Shown: piece by piece, positions 1 through 10,588 of the stretch | Layout: each line of letters opens with the position of its first letter | Position numbering within the stretch: the stretch's first letter is position 1 | Source: Pyrinomonadaceae bacterium | GTDB taxonomy: Bacteria > Acidobacteriota > Blastocatellia > Pyrinomonadales > Pyrinomonadaceae | Direction: 5' to 3' | Length of the DNA: 64,000 nucleotides | Assembly (NCBI GenBank): GCA_046154245.1 | Contig: JBJXFZ010000072.1 | Coordinates: 3,097 to 67,096 of the forward strand | Position numbers and translations under genes: made by a program | The notes under the pieces: generated by a model | Told to the model about the DNA's origin: nothing | The model's input: the letters and a program-made list of their open reading frames with translations, nothing else | Databases searched by the model: none

Positions 1-3000
1 GACTCCGCGGCACAAGTGCCACTACTTAGTTTCAAGCCCAATGGGTCTGTGAACTTATACGGGGAATTGATGACGTAACTATACCGATTGAACGTCTGCG
101 GATTACGGATCGTTGCACTTGCCGTCAAGGGATCGACCGACGTGAATCTGCCGTGTTGAGCATTGTAATATCTCGCCTGTGCAAACTCTAATCCACTTTC
201 TTCGTCTTTCTCGTATCCGGTGTAATCTTTCCTGACGCTGTCTGGTTGGTATTTCAGGGCTTCTGTTCTTTGGGCCGTAACGGTTTCTTCGCCAAATGCC
301 GAGAAATCCTTGCGATTAGTTACAATTCCGTTCTCGTTTGTAATGACTCTCGGGCTGCCGAGGTGGTCTGTTGTCAAATAACTAACTTGCTGCGTCGGCG
401 CCAATGCTGTTGAATACTCAGCAACAAGTTTTCCACCACCACTATAAACGAAGATCGTAGTCTCGGTCGCAGAAAATTTCTTTACTCTCATACCTGCGCC
501 GTCATATTGATAAGTCGCATCCGGCGTGGTCGAACTATTTCCGGCAATAAAGAATTCTTTCTGATGATTTTCGGCATCGTAACCGAACCGTCTGCCTTGA
601 GCGTCCTGCGTTACGTTGCCGTTTTGATCGTAACCATAGCCCTGGCTGGATGAGAACCTGTTGTTTGCAGTATTGATATCAGGATTGCAAACTGATTGTT
701 GACAGCTTCCTAAAGTTGTTGTATTCGCAGCATCAAACTCGCGATTACCGTAACGGTCAATCGTGAAAGTTTGCTTCCAAGTCTCGATAGTGCCGACCAT
801 CTCCTTAGCTTGTTGTAGTCGATTAAGTTCATCGTAGGTGTAAGTCTGTTCGAACGGCTGTGCAAGTCCGTTGAAGCTGATCTTTTGCGACTTCATCGAA
901 CCGTTGTTCTGTGTCGCCGTTCCGTAGCCGTATTCAAGCTTCAAAACATCCTGCATTGTATCGGTAGTTCCCAGTCCTATCTGCGTTATCTGCTGACGGC
1001 TATTGTAGGTGAAATTCTCCCAACGACCATTGCCTAGTTGCATTTTTGTGATCGCCCCGGCTGAGTCGTGTGAAAAGCCGCCCGCGTACTTAAAGAAGCC
1101 GTGGTTCGCATTCTTCTTACTTTGCACCAATAGCAGATCGCCATCAGAATCGATAACATTTTTTACAACACGTCCCGACGGATAGGTTTCTTCTAGTAAT
1201 GCGCCTTTCAGGTTGTAGTTATACGCGGTCTGATATGTTTGTCCGTCGGTAATCTGTTGATGAGCTAAAAGACGTCCAAGGTTATCGAAGCCGGTAAAGT
1301 TGGTTTTCGAGATCGACGATTTTATGCCCGTTATTTTGCCCTTAACGCTGCCGGTCGCCGTCTGGAGAACATCATTTACGTCCATATACTGACCATCATA
1401 GTAAAAGTTCACATCGGGCGTTGCGTCTGAATAATCACGGGAGGTAAGTCGATTTATGGTATCGTAAGTCGCAGTAACAGTAATGTTTTTAGCATCTGTT
1501 GTAGAAGTTATATTGCCATTATTATCGTAAAGATACTTTGCAGACCACTGTGAATTGCCCGTAATTGAATCAGTTGCGATGAAGTTTGTATTCGTGTCTT
1601 GCTCGGGCTGTTTAGAATAAAGAAGTCTGCCCAAACCATCATGCATAAAATAGCGACTCTGTTCGCCCTGAACTGTTTTTCTTAAGTTACCGACAACATC
1701 AAAAGTATAATCGGTAACGAGATTTTGTCCGTTTGGGTCTTCAACAACTTGTATCATTCTGCCGAGGGCATCTGAAATTCCTTTGCGTTTTTTACCAGCT
1801 TGATCGGTTATAGTTACAGTATTGCCAAGATAACTCTTTAGAATTTTTGATCCATCGGGCGTTTCGATTTCCATTACACGGCCCATTGCATCGTATTTGC
1901 TTTGTGTCCAAACAGGCTGCTCGTTTTGCATCGGTCTATAAGGACTAGTTGTTACTTTTTTTACTCGACCGAGGGCGTCGTATTCGGTTTTCCCCACTAC
2001 GTAACCGCCATCTCGGTAGGAACGTGATTCTGTATTTCTACCTATTTTGTCGTAAAAAACCTCTGCCTTTATCAGGTTGTCATTCAGCGCGTTCAAATCG
2101 CTCTTTGTCTCGACGCGGCGGTTTGCGTCGTCGTAAACTATGTTCGCCTGCATTTCGAGCGCAGTGCCGACGGCGGTCACACTCTGTGTCGGACGGTCAA
2201 GCGGATCGTTATAGATCGCCTTTGATACCAGACCGTGTAGATCTTCGGCGTTAACAGGCTGGCCGCTGTAGTAATCACGTTGCGTGTATACAGTCCATCC
2301 GAGCGGGTTCGTGGCGGCGGTTGCGAATGCAAAAGTAGATTGCCCGTTTAGTTGACCCGGTGCTATATTTGCGCGAGCATCGCTATCAGGCGTACCGAAT
2401 CTGTCACTATAATCAAGCGTCGAGACATTGCCTTTAGCGTCTTTTGCCTTAACGACATTGCCAAGAATGTCATATTGTGAATAAGCACTGACCGCTCCTG
2501 TCTGAGCCTGTGCATTGTCGTAGCTTGTGACCTTTGTCTTATTTCCGCGATAAATAAAACTGTCGCTATAACTCGTCGAGTCATGACCGACAACGTTCGA
2601 CCTCGTAGTAAGCGGCGCATGGTTGGCTCCCGTTGCGTAGTTATCGTACTCAAATTGTGAAAGGGAAACCTTTGAATTGCCATAGATGTCCGACGAAACC
2701 CAGTTCTGAATTGGCAAACTTCGTAGGTGTGCTCCAGTATGCGACGTGTAATTCGAGTCTGTTAAAAAGTCGGTGTGCGTTCTTCGCAGAAACTGTCCGG
2801 GCTGCCCGTTTCCGAAATCATACTCCCAAACATCTGTTTGATTGTTAAACTGATCAAGTCCTATACTACCGTCAATAGGGCTAATAGCTGTTGTCTTCGC
2901 GACCTGATTCGTGTCAACGAGTGTCGTGGTGGTTTCGAGTGGACTCGATGCAATCAATGCACCGAGTTGCCAGGTTCGGTTGGTTCGTCTTTTCAACACA

Positions 3001-4502
3001 GGGTTACCATTTACTATGTCGAAATGTTCAGTCTGATATTCCTTGCCTTCAATCAAATCCGGCCAGCGGAAGATTCCATTGTCATCCTCAAAAGGAATCG
3101 GGCTTCGATGAAAGTAATGCACTGACTGAGCTAGAAGACTTTCCGACGAGTCATAGCTTTTCACAGTGCGAGTCGTTGTAGTGGCATATTGTGATGCAAT
3201 CTGACTATATGTCGACTTTAATGAGTAGGTCGTTCCTGAACCTCCGTCAGGGTATTCACGGACTGCCAACACTTGACGGAATATTTCTGAGAATGCATAG
3301 GCACTTGCGTTCACATACGTGCTTACCAAAACTAAACCGTTAGAAGCTCCACCTTGTAATGCGGCCCCCCAATCATACTCGGAAGCGCCACCGGTTGGCA
3401 GCTCAATTCGAGCTAATTCACTATAACTGTTGTAATAGAACCGATACCGTCGTCCGTCTGGTAACCATGCAGAAGAAACTACTTGAGGATTGTGCGAAAT
3501 GGTTGGGTCTGAATTTAGACCAAACAACTGCTGATATGTCTTAATTGTCTGATCCGACCTGAGAACTGACGAAAGATTGTCATAGGATATTCTTATTGTT
3601 CGCGTGACACCTCCGACACCCTTAAAGGTTAACTGGTCATGTAGTCCGTATTGTCCATCTTGATGTCCGTAGGAAATATTTACTTTTCGGCCTACAGAAT
3701 CGGTAATCTCGATCAGTTTTCCATAAACGTGAGTTCCATCGTAGGTAAACGTGATCGTGTTCCCGTTCCGATCTTTTATCCACGACACCCTCGACTGATC
3801 GATGCGATAACGTGTTCCATCCCGAAACAATAAAATACCGGATGGTGAAAAAGTGTATCCACCCGTGACAAATTGATCAATAATGGCGCTATCCGAAATA
3901 AATGTTGCCGCCGATCCATCTGAGCTAACAAAAACCGTGCCTCGCGACGAGCCTTGACCATTCCCACAGTAGCCTGTTAATGGGCCGCCCCCTGCTGTTT
4001 GAGAGATAAAGTCTGTCTCTGTTCCGTCGGGACTGACAAAACTCAAACGAGTTTGTGTGTCGGATACAAGAGGCCCTCCAGACACACATGGACCTTGGCC
4101 TGTTTGTCGTCCTATGAACGCACCAGGCATGTAGCGAGTTTCCATAGAGTGCCAATCTCCCGGATTAGAATATTCCAGGTAATTATCAGGACCCGGGTTA
4201 AATTGATGATTCACAGTCCATCGGCGCTTAATTGGAAGAGTTATTGCGTGGCCAGCAGAACCGCGGCCACCGATGCTCAAAATAGGTAACGTAAATGAAA
4301 GATTCCCGTTATAGAGATTAACGCTTGCAAGGTTGTCAATAGCATATGAACCCGCAGGCCGCCCCGCCGCTACTCCCGGAGGTGTTGTGGCATCTGTTGC
4401 CCTTATGGTTTGACCATAACTCTTGGCATTGAGACTAATAGCCACTATCGCAATTTGAATCGCGACAGAAAACTTGATCATATTCAACATTTTGTTTTTC
4501 AT
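1..4502 (-). CDS. RHS/YD-repeat toxin family protein; N-terminal 1500 codons, C-terminal toxin domain runs off the left edge
   Basis: Absent from the ORF track because it has no in-window stop. My translation of the minus strand from ATG 4502..4500 (AAGGAGAG 4 nt upstream) stays open to position 3; no other minus ORF in that frame is listed. Signal-like N-terminus MKNKMLNMIKFSVAIQIAIVAISLNA. YD repeats include YDALGRV, YDAMGRVMEI, YDTINRLTS, YDELNRLQQ and YDQNGNVTQD. The RHS core end reads ARYYNAQHGRFTSVDPL...NRYSYVINSPYKFTDPLGL, with DPLGL encoded at 47..33. Confidence 0.9.
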   Translation of the reverse strand, partial: MKNKMLNMIKFSVAIQIAIVAISLNAKSYGQTIRATDATTPPGVAAGRPAGSYAIDNLASVNLYNGNLSFTLPILSIGGRGSAGHAITLPIKRRWTVNHQFNPGPDNYLEYSNPGDWHSMETRYMPGAFIGRQTGQGPCVSGGPLVSDTQTRLSFVSPDGTETDFISQTAGGGPLTGYCGNGQGSSRGTVFVSSDGSAATFISDSAIIDQFVTGGYTFSPSGILLFRDGTRYRIDQSRVSWIKDRNGNTITFTYDGTHVYGKLIEITDSVGRKVNISYGHQDGQYGLHDQLTFKGVGGVTRTIRISYDNLSSVLRSDQTIKTYQQLFGLNSDPTISHNPQVVSSAWLPDGRRYRFYYNSYSELARIELPTGGASEYDWGAALQGGASNGLVLVSTYVNASAYAFSEIFRQVLAVREYPDGGSGTTYSLKSTYSQIASQYATTTTRTVKSYDSSESLLAQSVHYFHRSPIPFEDDNGIFRWPDLIEGKEYQTEHFDIVNGNPVLKRRTNRTWQLGALIASSPLETTTTLVDTNQVAKTTAISPIDGSIGLDQFNNQTDVWEYDFGNGQPGQFLRRTHTDFLTDSNYTSHTGAHLRSLPIQNWVSSDIYGNSKVSLSQFEYDNYATGANHAPLTTRSNVVGHDSTSYSDSFIYRGNKTKVTSYDNAQAQTGAVSAYSQYDILGNVVKAKDAKGNVSTLDYSDRFGTPDSDARANIAPGQLNGQSTFAFATAATNPLGWTVYTQRDYYSGQPVNAEDLHGLVSKAIYNDPLDRPTQSVTAVGTALEMQANIVYDDANRRVETKSDLNALNDNLIKAEVFYDKIGRNTESRSYRDGGYVVGKTEYDALGRVKKVTTSPYRPMQNEQPVWTQSKYDAMGRVMEIETPDGSKILKSYLGNTVTITDQAGKKRKGISDALGRMIQVVEDPNGQNLVTDYTFDVVGNLRKTVQGEQSRYFMHDGLGRLLYSKQPEQDTNTNFIATDSITGNSQWSAKYLYDNNGNITSTTDAKNITVTATYDTINRLTSRDYSDATPDVNFYYDGQYMDVNDVLQTATGSVKGKITGIKSSISKTNFTGFDNLGRLLAHQQITDGQTYQTAYNYNLKGALLEETYPSGRVVKNVIDSDGDLLLVQSKKNANHGFFKYAGGFSHDSAGAITKMQLGNGRWENFTYNSRQQITQIGLGTTDTMQDVLKLEYGYGTATQNNGSMKSQKISFNGLAQPFEQTYTYDELNRLQQAKEMVGTIETWKQTFTIDRYGNREFDAANTTTLGSCQQSVCNPDINTANNRFSSSQGYGYDQNGNVTQDAQGRRFGYDAENHQKEFFIAGNSSTTPDATYQYDGAGMRVKKFSATETTIFVYSGGGKLVAEYSTALAPTQQVSYLTTDHLGSPRVITNENGIVTNRKDFSAFGEETVTAQRTEALKYQPDSVRKDYTGYEKDEESGLEFAQARYYNAQHGRFTSVDPLTASATIRNPQTFNRYSYVINSPYKFTDPLGLKLSSGTCAAE

Positions 4503-4521
4503 GTTTCTCTCCTTGAACAAG

Positions 4522-5688
4522 CTATCTCCTGAAATAAGCCGGAACTGGAATATCACCTGACATTCCCCATTGGACCTGGCGGAGTGAGTTGTTGCTGGCC
4601 GATTGGCGGATATACCAGTTACCGTTCGAGTCACGCCAGACTGCGATATCGACTTTGCCGTCGCCGTCGAAGTCGTTTTGGACGGGGATGTCGTTAGCTT
4701 GGTCGCCGGATGGAGTTGTGGTCGTGGTTTGGGTCAGGGCGGCGTTGAGGATTATCCACGAAGCACCACTTCGCAACGCGTAGTTTGCCTTGCCGTCGCC
4801 GTCGTAATCGGCGCAGACCGCAGTGTCGCCCGACGAGCCGAACGAGGCACCGGTCGGTTGAGCGTTCGAGCTGTTGATTGAATAAAAATTGCGGTTGCTG
4901 CTTCGCCAAACGGCGATGTCAGCGCGTCCGTCTCCGTCATAGTCGGCAGGTGCGGGTTTGTCGCCGTTTGTGCCGTATTGCGCGTATTGCACGCCTCCGG
5001 TCGAGCTTAAAATTATGTACCACACTCCGTCCGAATTTCGCCACACTGCAACGTCTGTTCGCCTATCGCCGTCGAAATCGGCTTGCGCGAGATTGTCGGT
5101 CGAGATGCCGAACTGCACCGCGTAATGCGTGCTGTCCGATGATTTCAAAATCCACCACGTGCCAGTTGATGGCCTGTAGATCGAGAAGTCCGTCTTACCG
5201 TCGCCGTCGAAATCGCCTTGAGCAGGAATGTCGCCGTTCATGCCCCAACCTTGCGCAACTTGTTGCGAACCAGGCACACCACCAAGAACCCACCAAACGC
5301 CAGTCGATGGACGCCACACCGCAAGATCAGCCGGCGGCGCCGCATTCGCATTCGCGTCCTCAGCCGCAAGCAATCGACCTCCGGAGGCGTAAATGTATTC
5401 TTTGCTCAATTGCGGCGTCGGATTCGGCAATGGCTCCGTTACAAATGGATTTAATCGAGACAGGGTAGAACGATCTTTCGCTGCAATCGATTTCTGTCGC
5501 TTTGCATCCTCATCAAGATATTTGAGGCCGGATGCAACGACGGTAACTGCCGCAAGCGCAACGATACCAGTGATCACCCAATGCTGCTTAATGTAAGCAA
5601 CCAGCCTAGTGAGGTGCCGTTCGGTTTCGGGAATTTCAACGAGTGTTTGTTTATGTGGATTTTTGCCCTTTCTGTTTTTTGCGGACAT
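4522..5688 (-). CDS. membrane-anchored FG-GAP/VCBS repeat (beta-propeller) protein
   Basis: Track ORF 4522..5751, start trimmed to ATG 5688 (GGAGAGG upstream). TM segment HWVITGIVALAAVTVVASGL. Repeats: DFDGDGKTDFSIYRPSTGTWWIL, ADFDGDRRTDVAVWRNSDGVWYI, ADYDGDGRADIAVWRSS, NDFDGDGKVDIAVWRDSNGNWYI. The stop lies 19 nt upstream of the RHS start on the same strand. Confidence 0.85.
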   Translation of the reverse strand: MSAKNRKGKNPHKQTLVEIPETERHLTRLVAYIKQHWVITGIVALAAVTVVASGLKYLDEDAKRQKSIAAKDRSTLSRLNPFVTEPLPNPTPQLSKEYIYASGGRLLAAEDANANAAPPADLAVWRPSTGVWWVLGGVPGSQQVAQGWGMNGDIPAQGDFDGDGKTDFSIYRPSTGTWWILKSSDSTHYAVQFGISTDNLAQADFDGDRRTDVAVWRNSDGVWYIILSSTGGVQYAQYGTNGDKPAPADYDGDGRADIAVWRSSNRNFYSINSSNAQPTGASFGSSGDTAVCADYDGDGKANYALRSGASWIILNAALTQTTTTTPSGDQANDIPVQNDFDGDGKVDIAVWRDSNGNWYIRQSASNNSLRQVQWGMSGDIPVPAYFRR

Positions 5689-5963
5689 ATGCCTCTCCGT
5701 TTCATGAACGGGATCGCATGTCCGCCTGAAGGAAGGCGCAAACAACTGCAAGGGGAAATTTTGCTCCTCAAAAACTCAAGGAGAATTTCATTTGCTAGGA
5801 GTCGCTTGCCTCTCGATGTATCTTCGGAACAAACATGCGTTCCTCTGCCATCTCAAAAGCTAAATTTTTACTACTTACCCAGCTTGACACGTCGCTTATA
5901 GCGCCGATGCCACTCTAAAGTCAAATACAGATCCCGTTGTCGGGTTAACTAGTAAATTGCGAT

Positions 5964-6545
5964 TCAGATGGTTGACCAAGTGAGTGTGAATGCAGGTGGA
6001 AAGTTTTTCAGCACTAGCGGGCTGCGGCGGGTTCGGCCGTACCGATCCCTTAGGTATTCGCGGAGTTTGACGGCAGGCGGCAAAAAGTAGCCGTGTGCGT
6101 ATTGAAAGATCCGCAGTTCGCATCCCTCGTCCATGAACTTTGTTATTTCTTCCAGAACGCTGTCGCTGACCTCTTTTGGCAGCGAGACGAACGGCAGACA
6201 GCAAACAACATAACGCACCTTGCCAAGGCCCGACTTTGCGTGCAGATCATACGCGTTGGCCGCATTGCCCTGGATGATATTCATCGTCGGGAAGTTTCGG
6301 TTGAGCGCCTTGACCAGCCCTTTGTCCAGCTCGATGCCGAGATATGCGCCGCGGCTGGGAATGACGTCCAACAGATATTTTGGGATAGCGCCGGTGCCAA
6401 CGCCGAGCTCGAGGATGATGTTGTCCTCGTCGGGCTCTATGCCCTCAAGCATCTCGGCAGCCAATTCGGGTGAACTTGGCGCAAGGGCACCAACCTTTAG
6501 CGGGTTTTTTAGAAAAGCTTGCAGGAATTGGAGGTTTTCGTTCAT
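5964..6545 (-). CDS. class I SAM-dependent methyltransferase
   Basis: Track ORF of 193 aa. Motif I is ILELGVGTGAIP; overall layout resembles small-molecule/phospholipid N-methyltransferases. Confidence 0.7.
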   Translation of the reverse strand: MNENLQFLQAFLKNPLKVGALAPSSPELAAEMLEGIEPDEDNIILELGVGTGAIPKYLLDVIPSRGAYLGIELDKGLVKALNRNFPTMNIIQGNAANAYDLHAKSGLGKVRYVVCCLPFVSLPKEVSDSVLEEITKFMDEGCELRIFQYAHGYFLPPAVKLREYLRDRYGRTRRSPLVLKNFPPAFTLTWSTI

Positions 6546-6668
6546 CGAGCTGCTCTATACAAGCTAAAACCGTTTGTTTACAAATGTTTATCAGTTGTTA
6601 CGGTTGTGTGTCGAATGCCATTTTATAACCACAATCGTCCGTTTGGCAATACCTGACTAGTTTATTAC

Positions 6669-9230
6669 CTATCCTTTCTTCGTAGCGCTTTTCTTTGGCC
6701 GTGCCTTTTTCGACGCAGGCTTAGTCTTCTTTGTGAACGCTCCCGGCACTTCGGCCTCGATGATCTTCTTCACCTGTTCCAACGTCAGAGCTGCGGCCTC
6801 GTCCGCCGTAGAGCGTGTGCCGTCGGCCTTTTTGGGGAGATAAATGATCTTTTTGCCGAATTTGATGACGGGGCCCCAACGAGCATTTTCGAGCGATATC
6901 TTTTCGTCTTCCCAGCGTTGTATGTAACGGTTTGCTTCTTTTTCGCGCTTAGCCTCGATAAGTTCGTTCATCTCGGTCTGCGTCAGGTTCGCGAAATCAT
7001 ATCGACGGGGCACGTTGATAAACATACCGTCCCACTTTATGAATGGCCCGAACCGACCCGTTCCCTTTGTGATCGGCTTATTCTCAAACTCACCGACCGG
7101 CGCATCCGCCACCTGTTTAGCCTTGATGAACTCGATCGCTTTTTCCGTATCCACGCTTCCGAGGTCGGTGCCGCGAGGAATTGAGATAAATTCATCTCCC
7201 CATTTTACATACGGCCCGTAACGACCCACGGCTGCAGAGATCTCCTTGCCCTCATAAGTGCCCATTGCGGCCTGCAGCTTGAACAGAGCCATCGCCTCGT
7301 CAAACGTAATGGTCTCGATACTCTGGCCGGTTGGAACTTTTGCAAATTTCGGCTTTTCCTCCTCCGATACGCTGCCGATCTGTATGATCGGGCCATAGCG
7401 AGCCATGCGCGCCGTCACCGGCTTGCCGCTTTCGGGGTCAGTGCCCAACACTCTTTCGCCCTTTACACGCTCGGCGTTTTCGATGGTATTGTCGACGTCT
7501 TTTTTGAAGGGGCCATAAAACTCGTCGATCATCTTATTCCACTTCAGTTTGCCGTCGGCGACATCGTCGAACTCTTTCTCGATCTTGGCTGTAAAGCCAT
7601 AATCCATGATGTCGCCAAAATACTGCTTGAGAAAATCCGTGACCACGAGTCCTAAGTCTGTCGGGAACAATTTTGATTTTTCTGCACCGGTGTTTTCAGA
7701 ATCTTCGCGTTTGCTGATCGAGTCGTCCTTTAAGACCAGTACTCTGAAAGCTCTTGGCGCACCTTCTTTATCTCTTTTTTCAACGTAACCTCGTTTAAGG
7801 ATCGTCGAGATCGTCGGCGCGTATGTTGACGGGCGGCCGATGCCGAGTTCCTCTAATTTTTTGACGAGCGAGGCCTCTGTGTAGCGCGGCTGAGCGCGGC
7901 TGAACCGTTCGGTTGCTCTCAGTTCTGACAGCGGCAATAACTGCCCGACTGTCATAGGCGGCAACAGACTGTCGGACGATTCTTCCTGTTCGTCTTCGTC
8001 CTTATCTTCTCGATAAACTTTCAAAAATCCGTCAAACTTCAACACCTCGCCTGTCGCTGTCAGTTCTTCTTTGTTCGTGGAAATTTCGATTTTGACCGTC
8101 GTTTTCTCGAGTTCGGCCTCGGCCATTTGCGAGGCAATCGTTCGCTTCCAGATCAGTTCGTATAACTTCTGCCACTCTTCGTCTTTAACGGTCGACGCAC
8201 TTGCGTAGGTTGGGCGAATGGCCTCGTGGGCTTCCTGTGCAGATTCGTTTTTGTTTTTGAATTTGCGCGCCTGGTGATATCGATCACCGTACATTTCGCT
8301 GATCGCTTGTTTGATGTCGCTCTGCGCCGTCTCGCTCAGGCTCACGCTGTCGGTTCGCATATAAGTTATGTGACCGTTTTCATACAGCTTCTGAGCGATC
8401 TGCATGGTTCTTGCGACGCCATAGCCGAGCTTTCTTGATGCTTCCTGTTGGAGTGTTGACGTTGTAAATGGCGGGGCCGGAGAACGCTTGCCGGGCTTCA
8501 CCTTTATATCGGTCACCGTGTAGTCAGCACCGATACAACTATTCAAAAACCTTTCGGCGTCTTGGGCACTGTCCTGTTTGCGCCCTTCGCCCTTGAATGT
8601 GACTGCCTTTCCGTCGAGATCATCGGCAATAAACAACCCTTCGATCTTGAAATGGCTTACCGGTTGAAAAGCGTTGATCTCGCGCTCTCTGTCGGCGATA
8701 AGGCGTACTGCGACGCTCTGCACGCGGCCGGCGCTCAAGTTCTTACCGCTGGTGCTGATCTTGCGCCATAACACCGGGCTCAATTCAAAACCGACGATGC
8801 GATCGAGCACGCGACGCGCCTGCTGTGCCATCACCAGATCCATATTGACGGTGCGCGGCCTTTCCACCGCCGCCTCGATCGCGGGCTTGGTGATCTCGTG
8901 AAACACGATCCGCTTTGTCGTTACCGGGTTAAGCCCCAGCACCTCGCACAGATGCCAGCTTATGGCTTCGCCTTCGCGGTCTTCGTCAGTTGCCAACCAA
9001 ACTTCGTCCGATTTCTTTGCCAGCGACTTTAGTTCGTTTACGACCTTTCTTTTCTCTTCAGAAACTATGTAGCGCGGTTCGAAATTATTTTCGATGTCGA
9101 TGCCCATGCCGGCTTTCTCAAGATCGCGGATATGGCCAAAGCAGCTATTTACCTGAAAATCTTTTCCGAGGATCTTTTCGATGGTCTTTGCCTTGGCAGG
9201 GCTTTCGACTATTAACAGGTTTTTTGACAT
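6669..9230 (-). CDS. topA: DNA topoisomerase I
   Basis: The N-terminus MSKNLLIVESPAKAKTIEKILGKDF is a canonical TOPRIM start. C-terminal Cys-less repeats (GRYGPYVKWGDEFISIP, GRFGPFIKWDGMFINVP, ARWGPVIKFGKKIIYLP) are followed by a Lys-rich tail. The track start at 9254 (GTG) adds 8 non-conserved residues, so ATG 9230 is preferred. Confidence 0.95.
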   Translation of the reverse strand: MSKNLLIVESPAKAKTIEKILGKDFQVNSCFGHIRDLEKAGMGIDIENNFEPRYIVSEEKRKVVNELKSLAKKSDEVWLATDEDREGEAISWHLCEVLGLNPVTTKRIVFHEITKPAIEAAVERPRTVNMDLVMAQQARRVLDRIVGFELSPVLWRKISTSGKNLSAGRVQSVAVRLIADREREINAFQPVSHFKIEGLFIADDLDGKAVTFKGEGRKQDSAQDAERFLNSCIGADYTVTDIKVKPGKRSPAPPFTTSTLQQEASRKLGYGVARTMQIAQKLYENGHITYMRTDSVSLSETAQSDIKQAISEMYGDRYHQARKFKNKNESAQEAHEAIRPTYASASTVKDEEWQKLYELIWKRTIASQMAEAELEKTTVKIEISTNKEELTATGEVLKFDGFLKVYREDKDEDEQEESSDSLLPPMTVGQLLPLSELRATERFSRAQPRYTEASLVKKLEELGIGRPSTYAPTISTILKRGYVEKRDKEGAPRAFRVLVLKDDSISKREDSENTGAEKSKLFPTDLGLVVTDFLKQYFGDIMDYGFTAKIEKEFDDVADGKLKWNKMIDEFYGPFKKDVDNTIENAERVKGERVLGTDPESGKPVTARMARYGPIIQIGSVSEEEKPKFAKVPTGQSIETITFDEAMALFKLQAAMGTYEGKEISAAVGRYGPYVKWGDEFISIPRGTDLGSVDTEKAIEFIKAKQVADAPVGEFENKPITKGTGRFGPFIKWDGMFINVPRRYDFANLTQTEMNELIEAKREKEANRYIQRWEDEKISLENARWGPVIKFGKKIIYLPKKADGTRSTADEAAALTLEQVKKIIEAEVPGAFTKKTKPASKKARPKKSATKKG

Positions 9231-9463
9231 ATGCGAAAAAAAATACGCCAGCACTTAATTTTTGTGCTGACGTTTAAGACTTCTAACATTCGGCGTAAGA
9301 GCTTGTCAATAACGAAACACACAAGCCCCCGGTTGGTTATGGCGAACATTGCCAGAGAATATTTACAGCGGATTACGCAGGTACGGCAGAAGAAATGCTT
9401 TTATAAAATCTGCCTTTTCTGCGTCATCTGTGCCTGACCTTGTTTAAAATCTGACAATGCCGG

Positions 9464-10588
9464 TCACATTCGACGAGCATAATTTTTGCCCGGCAGCACG
9501 CGAATTAGATCGCGAATGTCGAGGCTCACAAGCGCGTTGTTAAGATCGCCGAACGACAGACCGCTCGTCTCAAGAAGGATGTCGATATGCGTCGCATCGT
9601 CAGCCGCGAGCAGCGACCAAACCTTGCGTTCTTTGTCATTAAGGTCGGCCGGCGCGAGTTGCTGCTGCCGACGGCTCTCGCGCTTTTCTTCGTCGATCTT
9701 TGGCGGCAAGATCGACGCTGAGATCTCGCTCGGCAACTCGGCGACGACGTCCTGCCACTGCTGGACGAGTTTTGCGCCGCTCTTAATAATGTAATTCGTC
9801 CCGAACGAATTGCCGGATGTGATATTGCCCGGTACGGCCATAACCTCGCGGTTTTGCTCGGTTGCGAGCCGCGCGGTGATCAAACTACCGCTTCGCTCCG
9901 AGGCCTCGACTATCAAAACGCCATAGCTCAAACCGCTGATAATTCTATTGCGATAGGGAAAATTGTCCTTGAGCGGCGGCGTGCCCAGCGGAAACTGCGT
10001 CACAAGACATCCGCCGTTTGCCAGGATCTCGCGCACCAAGCCGTTGTTCTCACGCGGATAAACATTGTCGATGCCGGTACCCATCACGGCTATAGTGCGG
10101 CCCATGCCTTTGACCGCACCCTTGTGCGCCGCCGCGTCGATGCCGCGAGCGAGACCGGAAACGATTGTTATGCCGCGCGACGCCAGATCACGCGAGAGCA
10201 TCTCTGCGGCGTTCTCGCCATACGTCGAACACTGGCGAGAACCGACGACACCAACGCATGGCTGCTCAAAACAGGCCTGCCAATCGCCTTTCACATAAAG
10301 CACCGGAGGCGGATCGTCCGTCTCACGCAGCATCGCTGGATAACTGCCGTCATCGAGTATCAATACGTCGGCGCCGAGCTCCTTTACCCGCTCAAGCTCG
10401 GTAACCGCTCTTGCGTGGAACTCGCGCTTTATGATGCTCTCGGTCGTTTCAGGTTGTAGCCGCAGGGATTCAAGTTCGCCGCGACGGGCGTGAAACACAG
10501 CGTCGGGCGAACCAAAACGCTCAAGTAGCTTTGTGGCAAGACGCGGGCCAACGCCGGGTGTCATATTGAGGGAGATCCAATCAATCAT
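9464..10588 (-). CDS. dprA: DNA-processing protein DprA/Smf
   Basis: 374 aa. Rossmann-like core VGVVGSRQCSTYG...SGLARGIDAAAHKGAV...VEASERSGSLITA. The common dprA-topA gene order is present. Confidence 0.9.
   Translation of the reverse strand: MIDWISLNMTPGVGPRLATKLLERFGSPDAVFHARRGELESLRLQPETTESIIKREFHARAVTELERVKELGADVLILDDGSYPAMLRETDDPPPVLYVKGDWQACFEQPCVGVVGSRQCSTYGENAAEMLSRDLASRGITIVSGLARGIDAAAHKGAVKGMGRTIAVMGTGIDNVYPRENNGLVREILANGGCLVTQFPLGTPPLKDNFPYRNRIISGLSYGVLIVEASERSGSLITARLATEQNREVMAVPGNITSGNSFGTNYIIKSGAKLVQQWQDVVAELPSEISASILPPKIDEEKRESRRQQQLAPADLNDKERKVWSLLAADDATHIDILLETSGLSFGDLNNALVSLDIRDLIRVLPGKNYARRM

Noticed and set aside
1949-4289. Numerous 60-116 aa ORFs on both strands in the first 4.5 kb of the track.
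   Set aside because: All lie within the single long minus-strand RHS reading frame, which shows clear YD-repeat and RHS-core motifs.
9231-9254. Extended N-termini given by the ORF track for several genes: topA 9254, S1/P1 nuclease 14015, FG-GAP 5751, hsp20 38892, PDZ 60159, lipoprotein 28158, DUF1428 15444.
   Set aside because: In each case an internal ATG with a good SD and/or a family-typical N-terminus or signal peptide gives a more plausible start. The upstream extensions have no conserved features.
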